The notes beneath the pieces were generated by a model. It did not search any database and had not been told where the DNA came from. It saw nothing but the letters and a program-made list of their open reading frames with translations. A stretch of DNA of 64,000 bases from Paraspadella gotoi (Eukaryota; Animalia; Chaetognatha): assembly GCA_051294375.1 (NCBI GenBank), contig CM119267.1, positions 9,470,863-9,534,862 on the forward strand, in the 5' to 3' direction. Below are positions 42,276 through 55,404 of the stretch, piece by piece (the first letter of the stretch is position 1; every line of letters starts with the position of its first letter). Position numbers and translations under genes: made by a program.

Positions 42276-44310
42276 CTATCATATTGAATATGATCTTTTT
42301 AATTCTTTCCAGTCGAAAATTCGCAGTCCTTGCGAATGGAGGAGGTTTCTTTATCACTCACGATCTTTATTAGTTTTTTTCGAGAAAAAAAAAAGTAAGC
42401 GAGAGATGGATGTTGAATGGATGAAAAACGAGAGAGAGAAAACTTTGGAATCCCGGGAGAAGGGCCGTCGCCGAGCCGGCCCCCAGTCCCCGAGATTTTT
42501 TAAAGGGTAAATTTTTGCACAGATTCTCCCCCCCTCCTAGAACCGTAGTCAGTCTTTGCACTTCGTATGAAGGATGCTTCGAATTTCGTGAATTTATATT
42601 AATGTAATTAAACGCTAGAACCACTGCCGACCTTTTTAGGGAAAACCTCGGTTTGTTCACGTTATCTCTGGTCTGTAAAGGGTAGAGGGCTTCGTCATCA
42701 GTTTGTCTTTCTTTCATAAGAGGTAAAAATAAAAATCTCGAGATAAAACGTTTTTAGGCCCGAAGGGGAAGGAAAGGAACAAAAACTAATCCAGAACTAA
42801 ACTTTAACGACGTACAACTGCCGAGTATGAACGAGAAGACCAAATCAAAAGGTTTTAGCAAGCTCTTTTTAACCACTGTTTTTTAACATTTTTTTTTCAC
42901 CCTTGCATTATCGAAGTGTCAGAATGCGGATTTTTGGCTGTGAATATCTTTTTTGTCGATTTTGGAACCGGAGAGAGAATGTTTTATCTTAATTTTTACA
43001 CGAAGATAAATTACATTCTATTTATAATTTAAAAGTTAAAGGACGAGCTTCACGAAAATAAAAATGCGTGATTTCACTACATTTTCCGAAATATTCGATT
43101 TGATTTCTGGACGGAGCGCTTTTCCAACTTGATTTTAAAATCGAAATCGGGCACTATATTTCAAAGGATCACTGTAAACATGTTGAAATTGTTGTTTCAA
43201 GACGTCGTGATGCGTGACAGATGTTTGGGGAAAAGAGGAAAATCTTTAGTTGACGGAGGACCAACTTGAGCTCACTCGTACTTTGCACCCTCGTTAAAAA
43301 AAAAGGCTTTTTCCGTTGAAATATCGCAGGACCGCACCCATTTTTCTCCCCCTCCTAACTTTTTTTTTTGACGTTAAAAAAAACCTATAAAAAGCTGAAT
43401 GAATGAAGACCCCTTCGGGATTTCGTAATGAATCTTTCTTTTAAGCAGCATTGAACTTTACCTGAGTTTGCGAATTGGCAGATGATACCGAAAAAAAGGG
43501 AAATAAATTTGGCCGTGAAATTTGTTGAAGGATCTTAGCGCTAATTTGACCCGAGGATTTTGGTCAACACGGTTTACTTTTCTGTTTCTCTTTCGTCCAA
43601 AGACGCGGTCAACAAATGGTTCAAGTTAAGGCGACTAATACAAGGATGTTTTGTAACGAGGAATATTCGCCCTCGTTTGTGATCGATAATGAGAACAAAA
43701 AAGATTAAGACTCGCAACGTGCCGATTGAAGTTTTGTTTTGGTCGATGATGAATGGGGATAAACAAAAATCAGTGACTTGAATGATTACCCATTTTTAAA
43801 AAGCCATTAATATGAAGAAAGCTAGTGTTAACTGAAAAGATACTGGTGTTTAATTTCTTCGAAGTTTTGTAACTTTCAACAGTGAAATTTGAAAATGTAG
43901 GCGTTTTACGATCATATTGTTTTAATGAATAGCAAATAGCACAAAATAGATTACACAAAGATAGTCGCTTTAATTAATACCAAATAAATAGTGCTCCTTT
44001 TTTATTTAAGCGGCATAGTTTTTTTTTTAAATCTGTTTGTATTTAGCAGTAAATAAGTACATTCAACTCTCGCCTTTATAATTTATTCCCAAGTTCCTCC
44101 TAGGAAGGGAAGTCTTTTTGCTAGAACCTTCAAAATTTCCATTGTATATTGCTTTACTGGGAAAATAAATCTTTTGTTCCACTTAAGTCTAAGTTCTTTT
44201 AATTTGCCTCCCGCGGAAACAACAACAGTAAACCCGCCTCAACGAAGAAAATTTTCGTGATTTCTTTTTCGAAAAAAGTTGAGCATTCGATCCCGGAGTT
44301 TAGAATTTTT

Positions 44311-47259
44311 CTATGGAAAATAGCCCAGACTCTGTTCGAAATTAGCGCCTTTGAAGCTTTGCACGGAATCGGCGTTGCAGTGGGTGGCACGATTTTTGTC
44401 CAAGTCGGAGGCGATCTCCGCGTCTTTCGTACTGGTCAAGCGTTCGATGGGAGTTTGAAAGTTGGCAACACCCTCAGCCGACGTCGTCCCTCGGTTTAAA
44501 ACCCGCTCCCCCTGGCTCTTAAGCGCACGGTCTAGATGATCGTGACTAGAAAATATCTTGGATCGCGCCAAGTTAATGGCGTCGTGTCCTCGACGCCCGC
44601 GAACGAGCGCCGCCTCGTCGACCGATCCTCGGCGCCGTCCCGCAGCGCTCGGCTCGGCGTCGCTAGCGTCGGAAACGAAGAGAGAGTCGGATCGGGGCCC
44701 GAGACGAGCTCGTTCCCCCAGCGTCGTTTTTTCGCGTCGAGGGCGGTGCAGCGCCGCTTGTTCGGACCGGTGCCTCGAGATGCAAGAATTAGAGGCTCGC
44801 AGGGAATCTCGTAGAAACGGAAGGCGAATTTGATGTCCATAGTGCCAAAAGGAGTCTTCGATGCCGAAGCGCGAGAATTCTTCGGAGTCTCGCGTTTTTC
44901 CTCGATCCCTTGAGTTGAGTTTTTCGTCCAATTCTCTGCTGCGGAGTCTCTGCTGAGCGGCGGCGGCAGCGGCGGCGGCGACCACTGCGGCGGCTTCGCA
45001 CTTTCTCGCGACTCTCGGCTGAGGGACGAGCGAGAATTCGCCGAGAGCGGAACCGGTCGCCGACCCGCCGGTGGATCCCGCCGAGTTCCCCGGCGGACCG
45101 GATTTCGCGCCTGCGCCTCCTCGCTTGGGTCGAGGCGTAACGATCGCCGCCAAAGTTTTTCCCGGGGTGTCGTCACCGCATCCGGCAGCGACCGCATCGC
45201 CGCCACCGCCGCTGCTGCTGCCGCCGATCCTTTTGTCGCCTTTTGCTAGCCAGTTTTCGGTAAATTCCTTCGACGCCGACGACCTCTCGATGCCGCCGCT
45301 TCCTATACCTCCCCCGCCACTGCCGCCCGCTATTGGTCCGACCGGCACAACGACTTTCCTCGCCGCCGCCGCGGGCAAAACCCTCTGCCCGAAGCGAATC
45401 AAGTGAGGCGGGACTTTGGCGACGGGTCGTTGGGGTTTAATGACAGGTGCACCGCCTGTTGCGCCGCGCCCACCTCGCGGCCCACTGCCCGTCAGGTCCG
45501 ATTGCGTGCACTTGTCGCAGTAGACGACGGTTCGCTGCCCGGTGGCGTCCTTGCCCGTTGATACCCCGCTCCTGTTACTTCCCCTCGCGCCGTCGGAGCC
45601 GGCTGCGGATGTTTCTGCCGCCGAGGACATATGACGCCGCGAAACCAGAAGGCGCTTATTGCGTTGCCGGAAAGAGTCCCGGCGGGCACCGCGTCTCGGC
45701 GAATCCGGTCGCCGAAAAACCAGGTGATTTTCAGTCCGAAGTTCGGAACGGGCCCGCGGCCGGCCGATACCGTTTCTGGAGGCCGGGTGCAGAAAATGAT
45801 AGAGCGACGTTTGTTTGAAGCGCGATTTTTTCTCTCCTCCGTCGTCTTCATCTCTCGACGTCTCCGCCATCCTTTCTCTCCCGATCGGACGATAAACGGC
45901 CGCGGAGGCGTCGCCCAATAATGGCGCCGACTCTCGCGTGTCCACGACGAAGTCTTCGATCTTTTCATCAACTCTCTCGGCGCGGACTGCTCGAACGTCA
46001 ACGCCGGACGCGCCTCGACCAAGCGCCGAAGACGCGGAAACGCCCCTGGCTCGAAGCGATCGTCGCCTCGCCGGTGGCTGACGCCGTTGAAGACGACGTA
46101 ACACGGGTCGGGAAGAGGCCGTCGTCGAAGTGGGCGAATAGATCGAGGGCTGGTTGTGGAACAACATGTCCTTCAATTCCTCTAGCGAGGACTTTTTCGG
46201 TGGTGGCGTCGTCGTCGTTGTTGTAGCCGTCTCCGTTTTTAAAAGAGGCTCGACCAACGAGGAACAGGAGGCGGACAAATCGCGCCCGTCCTTCCGCCGG
46301 ACGTAAGCCGAGAAAAGAGAGATTCCGGCAAGGACTCCCTTGTCCGACTTTTTCTTGGCTTTCGGCGAAAAATCTGTTCGGGAGTCGAAAGGGTCGTCTT
46401 CGGGATCGGGAACGACGGAAGGGGCGATCGTTGTACGATGTTCCGAGGCGGACTCGCTGGCGGCGGAATCCTGGCCCGATTCGCTCCTTGACCTCCATCG
46501 TCTGCCGAAATCCCGGTATCGATAATGCCTGTACCCCCTTTTTCCCTCGTCGCCCTGGACGAAGTGTTCCTGGCAGATGTCGATGGCGGCGACGATCTCT
46601 CGAGATTCATCGTCGCTGGCGCAGCGAAAGACGTGACACTCTAGTGCGCGGACGCCCGAGGTGCGTCGCATGACGATCGCCAGCAGCGCCGGGTGTTCTA
46701 GTTCCGTCAGAAACATGAAAGACTCCTCGAGCGGCGCAAGGAAGCTGAGTCGCTCGTCGACGTCTCCGAGTCGAGCGTCGTCGTCGAGCGGCCGGAAAGT
46801 CCCGTAACGATTGCGGGCCTCGTCGGTGACGGAGCCGAATTTTAGCGCCGCCCAGAGCGACACCGTGTCGAATGGATTGAAGATCTCGACGACGCCCCGC
46901 TTACCCGCTTCTAACGTCTTGGCCGACAGCAAAGGCTTGAAGCGCATCTTGAGTCCTTCGTCCGATATGATGAGGCGTCGGTCTCCTCCGCCCGCCTTGC
47001 GCCCTTGCTGCTGGTAGCGAAAATAGAGTTCCCGCAGGGGCTTTTGAATCGGGCCTAGGCTGCCCGTCACGCCTTGCTGAAGCATTAACGAGGCGCCGAG
47101 GTATTGAAGTCGAAACTCTACGCATCGTTCGTCACCGGGTGACGGCGAAGCTTGTTCTTCCGAATCGACGCGCAGAGAATCTTCGCCGTCCTGGTTGGCG
47201 TCCTGCGTCGGATATTCGTTCGATTCGACGCCGGGCGCCGTTGTTTCGGGGGACGCCAT
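44311..47259 (-). CDS. Uncharacterised 982-aa protein with N-terminal PTB/PID-like domain, intronless
   Basis: 2.9-kb GC-rich ORF. PTB-like pattern FRLQYLG...LIISDEGLKM...ALECHVFRC..EIVAAI, then a long low-complexity region ending FEQSLGYFP. Confidence 0.75.
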   Translation of the reverse strand: MASPETTAPGVESNEYPTQDANQDGEDSLRVDSEEQASPSPGDERCVEFRLQYLGASLMLQQGVTGSLGPIQKPLRELYFRYQQQGRKAGGGDRRLIISDEGLKMRFKPLLSAKTLEAGKRGVVEIFNPFDTVSLWAALKFGSVTDEARNRYGTFRPLDDDARLGDVDERLSFLAPLEESFMFLTELEHPALLAIVMRRTSGVRALECHVFRCASDDESREIVAAIDICQEHFVQGDEGKRGYRHYRYRDFGRRWRSRSESGQDSAASESASEHRTTIAPSVVPDPEDDPFDSRTDFSPKAKKKSDKGVLAGISLFSAYVRRKDGRDLSASCSSLVEPLLKTETATTTTTTPPPKKSSLEELKDMLFHNQPSIYSPTSTTASSRPVLRRLQRRQPPARRRSLRARGVSASSALGRGASGVDVRAVRAERVDEKIEDFVVDTRESAPLLGDASAAVYRPIGRERMAETSRDEDDGGEKKSRFKQTSLYHFLHPASRNGIGRPRARSELRTENHLVFRRPDSPRRGARRDSFRQRNKRLLVSRRHMSSAAETSAAGSDGARGSNRSGVSTGKDATGQRTVVYCDKCTQSDLTGSGPRGGRGATGGAPVIKPQRPVAKVPPHLIRFGQRVLPAAAARKVVVPVGPIAGGSGGGGIGSGGIERSSASKEFTENWLAKGDKRIGGSSSGGGGDAVAAGCGDDTPGKTLAAIVTPRPKRGGAGAKSGPPGNSAGSTGGSATGSALGEFSLVPQPRVARKCEAAAVVAAAAAAAAQQRLRSRELDEKLNSRDRGKTRDSEEFSRFGIEDSFWHYGHQIRLPFLRDSLRASNSCISRHRSEQAALHRPRREKTTLGERARLGPRSDSLFVSDASDAEPSAAGRRRGSVDEAALVRGRRGHDAINLARSKIFSSHDHLDRALKSQGERVLNRGTTSAEGVANFQTPIERLTSTKDAEIASDLDKNRATHCNADSVQSFKGANFEQSLGYFP

Positions 47260-47491
47260 CTACGAGCGGCCTCTGCGCCGAATCGGTCAACTCTTTTCAT
47301 CGGAGATGTACGGCCGGCTCGTTTCGATTCTTTTTTCTCCCTAGAGTATTTTTTTTTTCCCGATGCCCGGAACGGGTGGGTGAAATCCAGGGAATGAAAA
47401 AGGCTCCGAGAATTTCTCTTCAATTCTCCGAGTGGGAGATGTTGTTTGCCTAAGAAGGGAGATGTAACGTATTAGATCTTCTGGTAATCAT

Positions 47492-47492
47492 G

Positions 47493-47568
<76 letters not shown>
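47492..47568. repeat. (GA)n microsatellite
   Basis: Nearly pure GA run. Other (CT)n runs at ~48347-48380, ~49532-49556 and ~55008-55084. Confidence 0.95.
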
Positions 47569-47571
<3 letters not shown>

Positions 47572-48344
47572 CTCTTCATTTAAAAAAAAAACCCACTAAA
47601 AATGTAGGCCTCTGGACTCATTGACTCCACGCATAGTCGGTTCTTTCTAACTCTTCAAGAAAGAACTTCTTTTTCGAGCGATCGTAAATTGAAGCGATCC
47701 CTCCGCTGTGTTTCTTTTTCCAGAAACTTTCTCAAAAAAAAAAAAAAAAAAAAAAAAAAAAACACATTTTATTGAAACCTCAGCTCAGGAAAAAACATTT
47801 TGGTTTTTTTGTTTGGTTGTTTTTTTTTTTTTTTTTTGTTTTTTAAAACCGGTCCGAGAAAAAATCGGGATTAATGAATTGAGTAACGGAGAAAATAACG
47901 AGTGGAGTTCATTTGACCAACTGATTGACACCGACGCCTTTTCCTGGGGGTAATAAAACTTTAATCGCGATAGAAAACAGGAAGAAGAACGATCGTGAAA
48001 TTTCGACAGAAAAACCCACAAGGGAGCGAATTGAAAGAAGGCGGGCGAAAGAGATAGAGATGGAATGATCCATCATCCCGAGTAAGCAAAGACCGCAGCG
48101 GCGAAGGCGGCGAAAGCATCCGAAGCCGGCGAGGGCGGCGAAGGCGGCGAAGGCGGAAAGAACCTGCGGATGGAAGCAGACAGAGGGACCAGGTTTCCAG
48201 ACGAAGGTGAGCCGTAGTGAAAAAGAGAAAACTTTGCCAGGTGACGGCGGCGTTTGTGTGAGTGCGAAAAGAGTGAAGAAGTTAAGTGTGTGTGAGAGAA
48301 AAAGAGAGAGAGAGGGGAGTAGTGTGTGTAATGGAATTAAAAGG

Positions 48345-48382
<38 letters not shown>

Positions 48383-49531
48383 CTGATCCAATTTGCAAAG
48401 TGTTGCGTTAATTTTTTGGTCTTGACCGCAGCCACAACTCGATGAGAAACTTTTAGGTCGGTCGCTGTCGGATCTGACTTATTTTAATAAAGATTAGATA
48501 ATAAAGTCTAGAAATTATAAATGCTAATAAACCATTAAATAGGATTTTATTACAAAAAATTAAATGATTTAATTTATGCAGTCAAGCCATTGTTATACTA
48601 TATATTGTATGTATTAAGTATCATATGAAATTTGTACAAACAATTTAAAAATTATCCATTCATTTGATAAATAAGCTATCTCGCCCCAGACTTTGGACAG
48701 GCTTTGGTGGTTTTTTGTTATGCATTTATATATGTAAATATATATCATATGCCGTTTTTTTATACTTTACCTGATTTCTTTCTTTAATAAATTCTTAATT
48801 TAATGAAAGGTTACAGAAGCCGACGAAAGGTGGTGATTTAAGTGGGGGGGGGGTAGTCAAATTGAGAGAAAAAGAGAGAAAGAGAGAAACCAAGAAGTAA
48901 CTTGTGGAATTTGAGAGAAGTTTGGTTAGCCATCCAAAGAGATGGGAGGAAATATCGCAATTTGGTGCAACAATGCTGCCGAGCGCTGACTCGAGGTTAA
49001 AATGCGGAATGCATCTCGAACGGTTTTTTATTCGGGAAATATCGACGTCGGAATTAGGGAAAAAAAAATATTGCGAGATTCTTTCTCATTCTAACCTAAA
49101 TTATCTTATCTTCATTTAGGCTAGATTTTTTGTTGAAAAAGCTACTTTCTAAGCGCCAAATAAATGGTCGCCGTAAAAAGATTTGATTTCAATAGTTTAA
49201 ATCTTCCGTTAAATTTCCTTGTTACCGAATTTTGTCCGCAAGAAAGACTCTCTGAAACTAAAAGGTTTCCCCAAGTCCAATATGTGGCTCAACAGAAACA
49301 ACAACCAAGATGGTCAGTTAATTTCTTCAAGGTTTTCTGCATAAAATCCTATTTAGAATTCCTTTCAAGAATATATTTTATTTTTACGTAATGAGAATCA
49401 GCGATTGTTTTTTTGTTTGTTTTTTTTTTACGATGCCAACTTTTTAGTCAAAACAATTAGATTGGCTCTTTCTTTATGCCAAAATTACTACCATTAGATT
49501 TTGAGAAACGTCTCTTTCACTCTCTTTTATC

Positions 49532-49562
<31 letters not shown>

Positions 49563-50585
49563 CCCCTGTTCACTCTCCCACTCTCATTTCCTCAATCTCA
49601 CTCGCTCCAACTAAAATTCTCCCCTTATTGACAAGAGCTTTGAATTTGAAGCTGAGCCAAAAAACAAACGTTGATACAAGCCATTTTTTGTTTTCAACAT
49701 AATTAATTAACAAACAAGTTTAGCCGCCCTGTTTAAACGAGCGAAGCTTTTTTGTTTTGATTCATACCATTCGTGTCAAGTTCTTTTTGTCTCGTCATCT
49801 GTTTGGTATAAAATATTCAATTATCCTAAGAGATTGAAAAAAAAAAGTTACTATTTTAACTATTATTTAATCGAAAGCATTGTTCTCCCTGCTCTCATTT
49901 AATAAGAAATTAACGTTTTTGGGCAATTATATTCCTTAATTGATCGTCAAAAAAATAAATAAATAAATTGAAAAAGAAAAGAAAAGTAAATAAGCCTCGC
50001 GATTGGCGAAGCTCGATTCTTCTTTTCCTCTTTAATTAAAGTCGAACTAAATTCTAAACATCCGCTTGAGATATTTCGAGGAGACCTAGAGGGTTGAGGG
50101 AAGCTAGAGACACTGTGGACTGTGTGTAGACTGTGTGGAGAGTGATAAACTGAGAACGAATCAGATCTGGGAGTGATGAAGGCTCGAGAGCGCTACAGGT
50201 TCTAGACTTTAGAGCGACGCGGAGGCCTAAAATATGAATGAAACGATACGTTTTCCCGAAGTTGAATTGTAGTATTTGTGTGTTTTTTTATGATTAGAAT
50301 GAAAGAAGTTAGCACTTTTGTGTGCTGTTAGATATTTAATATGCGAAGATTATTTCGACGACGAATGAAATTTAATCTCTTTGAGAAACTTAATTAATAA
50401 TTTTATTGATACGAACGATAGTTAAAATTGTTGAGCCTTTGTGAATAGCGCAATCGAGAATTTAAACCAAATCAATTCGTTCATCTCTCGTCTTTGAATC
50501 CTATTTCAGTATTTGTATTTTTTTTCCCGCCGAAGATAAAAAGAAACGATTGACCGGCATCGCCGGAAACCTTTCGCCGACGATT

Positions 50586-53151
50586 ATGGACGACAACAAC
50601 AGCCCGGCACGGCAACTCGATTGTGCATGCACAAAAACGCTAACAGACCAGGCTCGCACTGGGCCAAGACCTCAATCAATAAAACGACGCATCCGAAAGT
50701 GAAAATAAATTGGGCCCATGGAAACTTTTTTGAAGCATGTATTTTTTATTCGATACCCGACGATCGAGCCAGCGTCCCCGTTGGTTCGCTAAAATGCCGG
50801 CGGTCTACTATTCTCGGATAAGGTTTGTGCGAGGCGCTGGGATCCAACGAGGAAAACGGCATCGCCACCGAGGATCAGGTCAAACGGAACCGAACCACCT
50901 ACGGCGCCAACGAACTCCAGCCGCGTCCGGCCAAGTCCTTCATCGCCCTCTCGTGGGAGGCGCTTCAGGTGGACTGTTTGACGCCGTCATCTACGTCTTC
51001 GATTATCGTTGCCGTCTTCAGAGGTCGACATCGATCTTTGAAGTTCTAATTGTCTTCGTCTTTTTCTCGAATCTCAAGTTGTCGTCACATCGACCATAAT
51101 TTCAAAACAGGATACGATCCTCATCATCCTCATTATGTGCGGCGTAGTGTCCATGGTTCTGGCGCTCGTAATTCCAGCGCTCAACCCCGGCGAGACCGTC
51201 CACATGGCCGAGATTCTGGAAGGTGACGCCAGCGTGGCTGGGTTTGAGGGAGGGGGGATCGGATGGGAGAAGTAGGTCAACGTAAAATATTTTTCGATTC
51301 TCTGGGAAAAAAGTTTAAGATTTTAAGAAAAGCTAAATCGAATCTGAAGACTTCCCCTCTTCCCCCCCCCCCCACAAAAAATTCTTCTCCGATACGAAGG
51401 CGCGGCCATCCTCGTCGCCGTAGTTATCGTGGTCATGGTAACGGCTGGCAACGACTACGCCAAGGAGAAGCAATTCCGGGGCCTCAAGAAGCAGATGGAC
51501 ACGGAAAACAACTTCAGCGTCATCCGGGCCGGAAAGCCCATCATCGTTCACGTCGCCCTCTTGGTCGTCGGCGATATTTGTCAGGTCCGCGTGGACAATG
51601 TTTCGATAATCGAGAATCTCGGGTCTCCTAAATTCTCTGTGGAGAATAATTTACCTCGCTCAGGCTCACTATCTCTCTTCTTTTCTTGGTCAACCAGTCT
51701 GACCACTAGCTTTATCAGCAATGAAACCTTAAGTCAATTTTTAGTCTGATTTCCCGTGATAATGTTATACAAACTAATGTTGGAATCATTGAAACGTCTG
51801 CCCATATGGAAAAAAGTTTTTTTGAATGAAATAATAAAATATTCATTAACATAAACTCTTGTCGTACATATTGTACGGGCGACGCCTCAAACGCTCGACC
51901 CAAAGCATAGAAAATCATAAGTAATTTTCTTCACTCTGATTCGTATCTTTATCAATATGTTATCAGATAACGTTCCATCAATAGCTTCTAGAATTTTTTA
52001 TATAATCCGTGGCCGTTAAAGGGCTAAGAACCTTTCGTTACGTACACATGTAACACAGTCACGCGGATGGGAAATTTTGTTGTAAGCTTTTGTTTTCGTC
52101 AAAAAAAAAAATCTAACTTTCCTTCTCTCGATCGCCCCGTCGATAAAATCAACGACGACAACAACAACAACTACAACAACAGGTAAAGTACGGCGACCTC
52201 CTCCCGGCGGACGGCGTCATAATCCAAAGCAACGACCTTCGCATCGACGAATCGGCTCTGACGGGGGAATCGGATCAGGTGCCGAAGACGGTTGACGGCG
52301 ACTCGCTCCTCTTCTCCGGCACTCACGTCATGGAGGGCGGCGGGCGGATGGTCGTCGTCGCCGTCGGCCCCAACTCAGAATCCGGCATCATCATGTCGCT
52401 CCTCGGCGCCACGGGGAAGCGGAAGGTGGGGGTCGGAGGGTGAGGGACGTGAGGCGGAATATTGGGAGGCTAAATAGGTTTTTTTAAATTTTTTATTTGA
52501 TAATTGATTTTGTTCTGGCTGCGTAGCTAAATACGACACTTAAAAAGTTAAAAAAAATTCAATTATATCATATTTAAATCATTGTGGAGAGAAGAGCACG
52601 AGAGAGCAGAAGACGACGATGAGAGAGAGACAGAGAGCAGAGAGAGAGACAGGAGAGAGAGAGAGAGCAGCACGACGCAGATAGGCAAAGTTTCCAACAC
52701 AGAGTTGAGAAAAGGACAGTGGTCAAATTAATTAATTAACTTTCAAACTCTTCTAATTATTTTAAATCAAATTTCGAATGTTTCCATAGCTAAAATGTTT
52801 TTAAGCAAACATTGCGAAAGTCGTACAGTATCGATATTTAATTTTTCCAAAACCCCAGGAGCCACAGCAAAAACCGCCGAGGGCAAAAAAGCCGTGAAAT
52901 CGGCCACCACAGAGCGTTGCAATACTGCATAGGAGATGATTTATTGTCGTTTGTACAGTTATTCGCTTTGCTGTTTCTCGTCGTCGGTTATCCTTATGAG
53001 TTTCGATGGCGACTCATTTTGATTTTGTTGAACGCGACAATGACCAATTGCACCTCAAACCATGGCAAATGCCCAATGAGAATCAAACGACCGATGACGA
53101 AGATAGCAATTGATGACATTTCTCACTCTCTCCTCTCTCTCTAGTCTCTCC

Positions 53152-53183
<32 letters not shown>

Positions 53184-55029
53184 CCCCCCCGATCTACCCC
53201 AGCGACGCCGAAGAAGGCGGAGTCGAAAGAAAGACGCGAGAAAGGAGGAAGAAGAGCGACGACGAAGAGGGAGGGAGTGCTGCAGAAGAAGTTGGCCATT
53301 CCTCGCCACGCGATCCGGGAACGGGGATCATCGGCCGCCATCATCGTCATCGTCTGGCTGGCCCGCTGGCACTTTTTCTATCGCATCATTTCTGCATCAT
53401 TCGCAAGTTTGCGTTTTGACGTATCTCTCTCAGAGTGTCTTTGGTCGTCGTAACTGTCTGTCTGCTTTCTTTTTTTCTTTTTTCCTATTCTTTCTTTCTT
53501 TCTTTCTTTCTTTCTTTCATCTGGTAATTTTTTTGAAAATCTTGTTTTTAAACTTTTTTCCTTCTTATATTCAGCGCGCTTCCGTTGTGTCTGTCTGTCT
53601 GTTTCTTTCTTTCTTTTACTCTTTCTTTCTTTTCTTCCTCTCTCTCTCTCTTATTCGATCGATATTCACCTTTTCTATGAGCACGTTCCAGTACGATTAC
53701 CTCATGGACTACGGGGCATGATTTACCCTGGCATCACCGTCCTATGTCGTATCCATTCCCGAGCCGGCCTCCCGCTTGGCGGGTCACCATCTCCCTCGCC
53801 TACTCCGTCCAAGAAGTCGCGATTTGACGAAAATGCTTAAATCGGTCTCCTCATTTTAAACAACGTTTCTGACGAGATTCAGTAAAAAAAAAAAAAAAAA
53901 ATTAACATATTTTATCCAAAAGCGAAAAAGTACGATGACTTTTCCCGTTTAAAGCTTCGTTACCTACATCAAAAATTTCCGCTCAGATGATCCACGCACC
54001 ACAACCTAGTGCGCCACTTGACCCCTGCGCGACGATGGGCAAACGCCGGACGACGATTGTGCTCCGACAAAACCGGACTTTGACGACGAACCGAATGACC
54101 GCGTCCAAGCGTACACGGCGGAAGCGGCACTTTCACCAGAAGGGATGTGCGCACGAGCTTGCCCGCCCTCGCGCAAATCATTTCTCAGTTGTGGAAATGG
54201 TGTTTCTTTGTTTGTTTTGTTTTTTTTTTATGAGATTAAGGTAAAGAATTGAGTTTGTAACGTCGATGAAACATCATCAATCGTGCTGTGCAACACTGAG
54301 CGAAATTTTTTTTTATTGCTACGTATTTTATTCTCTCATAATTCATCCTGCCGGGCGACTTTAGTCGATCGCCGTGAACAGCAGCTACTCGACCAACGCT
54401 AATTGTCGACTGAATAAGATTATCCATCCGCCGTCTTCCTCGCCAAACGCAACAAGACTCGAGTGGCTGCCCTCTCGGCTTTCACGCGTCTTATCGCGTC
54501 GAAGCTACGAGAACTTGAGGAAGGACGTGCCGGAATCAAATGTTCTCATAAGGCTGGCGAGCGCCTGAGATACGATTATCTCTCGTCNNNNNNNNNNNNN
54601 NNNNNNNNNNNNATTAATTAATTAATTTCAAACTCTTCTAATTATTTAAATCAAATTTCGAATGTTTCCATTAGCTAAAATTGTTTTTAAAAAGCAAAGT
54701 CACGTCTTCGCGAAAGCGTACAGTATCGATTTTTTTTTTCAAAACCCCAGGAGCCACAGCAAAACCCCGAGGGCGAAAAAAGCGTGAAATCGGCACCACA
54801 GAGGTTGCATACTGCATAGGGAGATTGATTTATTGTCGGTTGTACCCAGTATTGCGCTTTGTGTTTCTCGTCGTCGGTTATCCTTTGAGTTTTCGATGGC
54901 GACTCATTTTGATTTTGTGAACGCGAACAATGACCAATTGACCATCAAACCATGGAAATGCCCATGAGAATCAAAACGACGATGACGAAGATAGCAATGA
55001 TGACATTTCTCTCTCTCTCTCTCTCTCTC

Positions 55030-55086
<57 letters not shown>

Positions 55087-55372
55087 CCCCATTCTCCCCA
55101 GCGAGCCGAAGAAGGCGGAGTCGAAGAAAGACGCGAAGAAGGAGGAAGAAGAGGACGACGAAGAGGAGGGAGTGCTGCAGAAGAAGTTGGCCATCCTCGC
55201 CACGCAGATCGGGAACGGGGGACTCATCGCCGCCATCATCGTCATCGTCTGGCTGGCGCTGGACTTTTCTATCGATCATTTCTGGATTCATCGCAAGTTG
55301 GTTTTGCGTATCTCTCTCAGAGTGTCTTTGTGTCTGTCTGTCTGTCTGTCTGTCTTTCTTTTTTTCTTTTTT

Positions 55373-55404
<32 letters not shown>

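Noticed and set aside
44532-47453. Many overlapping ORFs on both strands (likewise around CACHD1, piwi exon 1 and the TRF2-like gene)
   Set aside because: Shadow ORFs of GC-rich coding sequence with no recognisable motifs.
51700-52030. piggyBac-like end (ttaaagggctaa) in a PMCA intron
   Set aside because: No convincing matching left terminus.
52725-54587. True PMCA pseudogene
   Set aside because: The error pattern and 25-N gap point to an assembly artifact, so it is not called a pseudogene.
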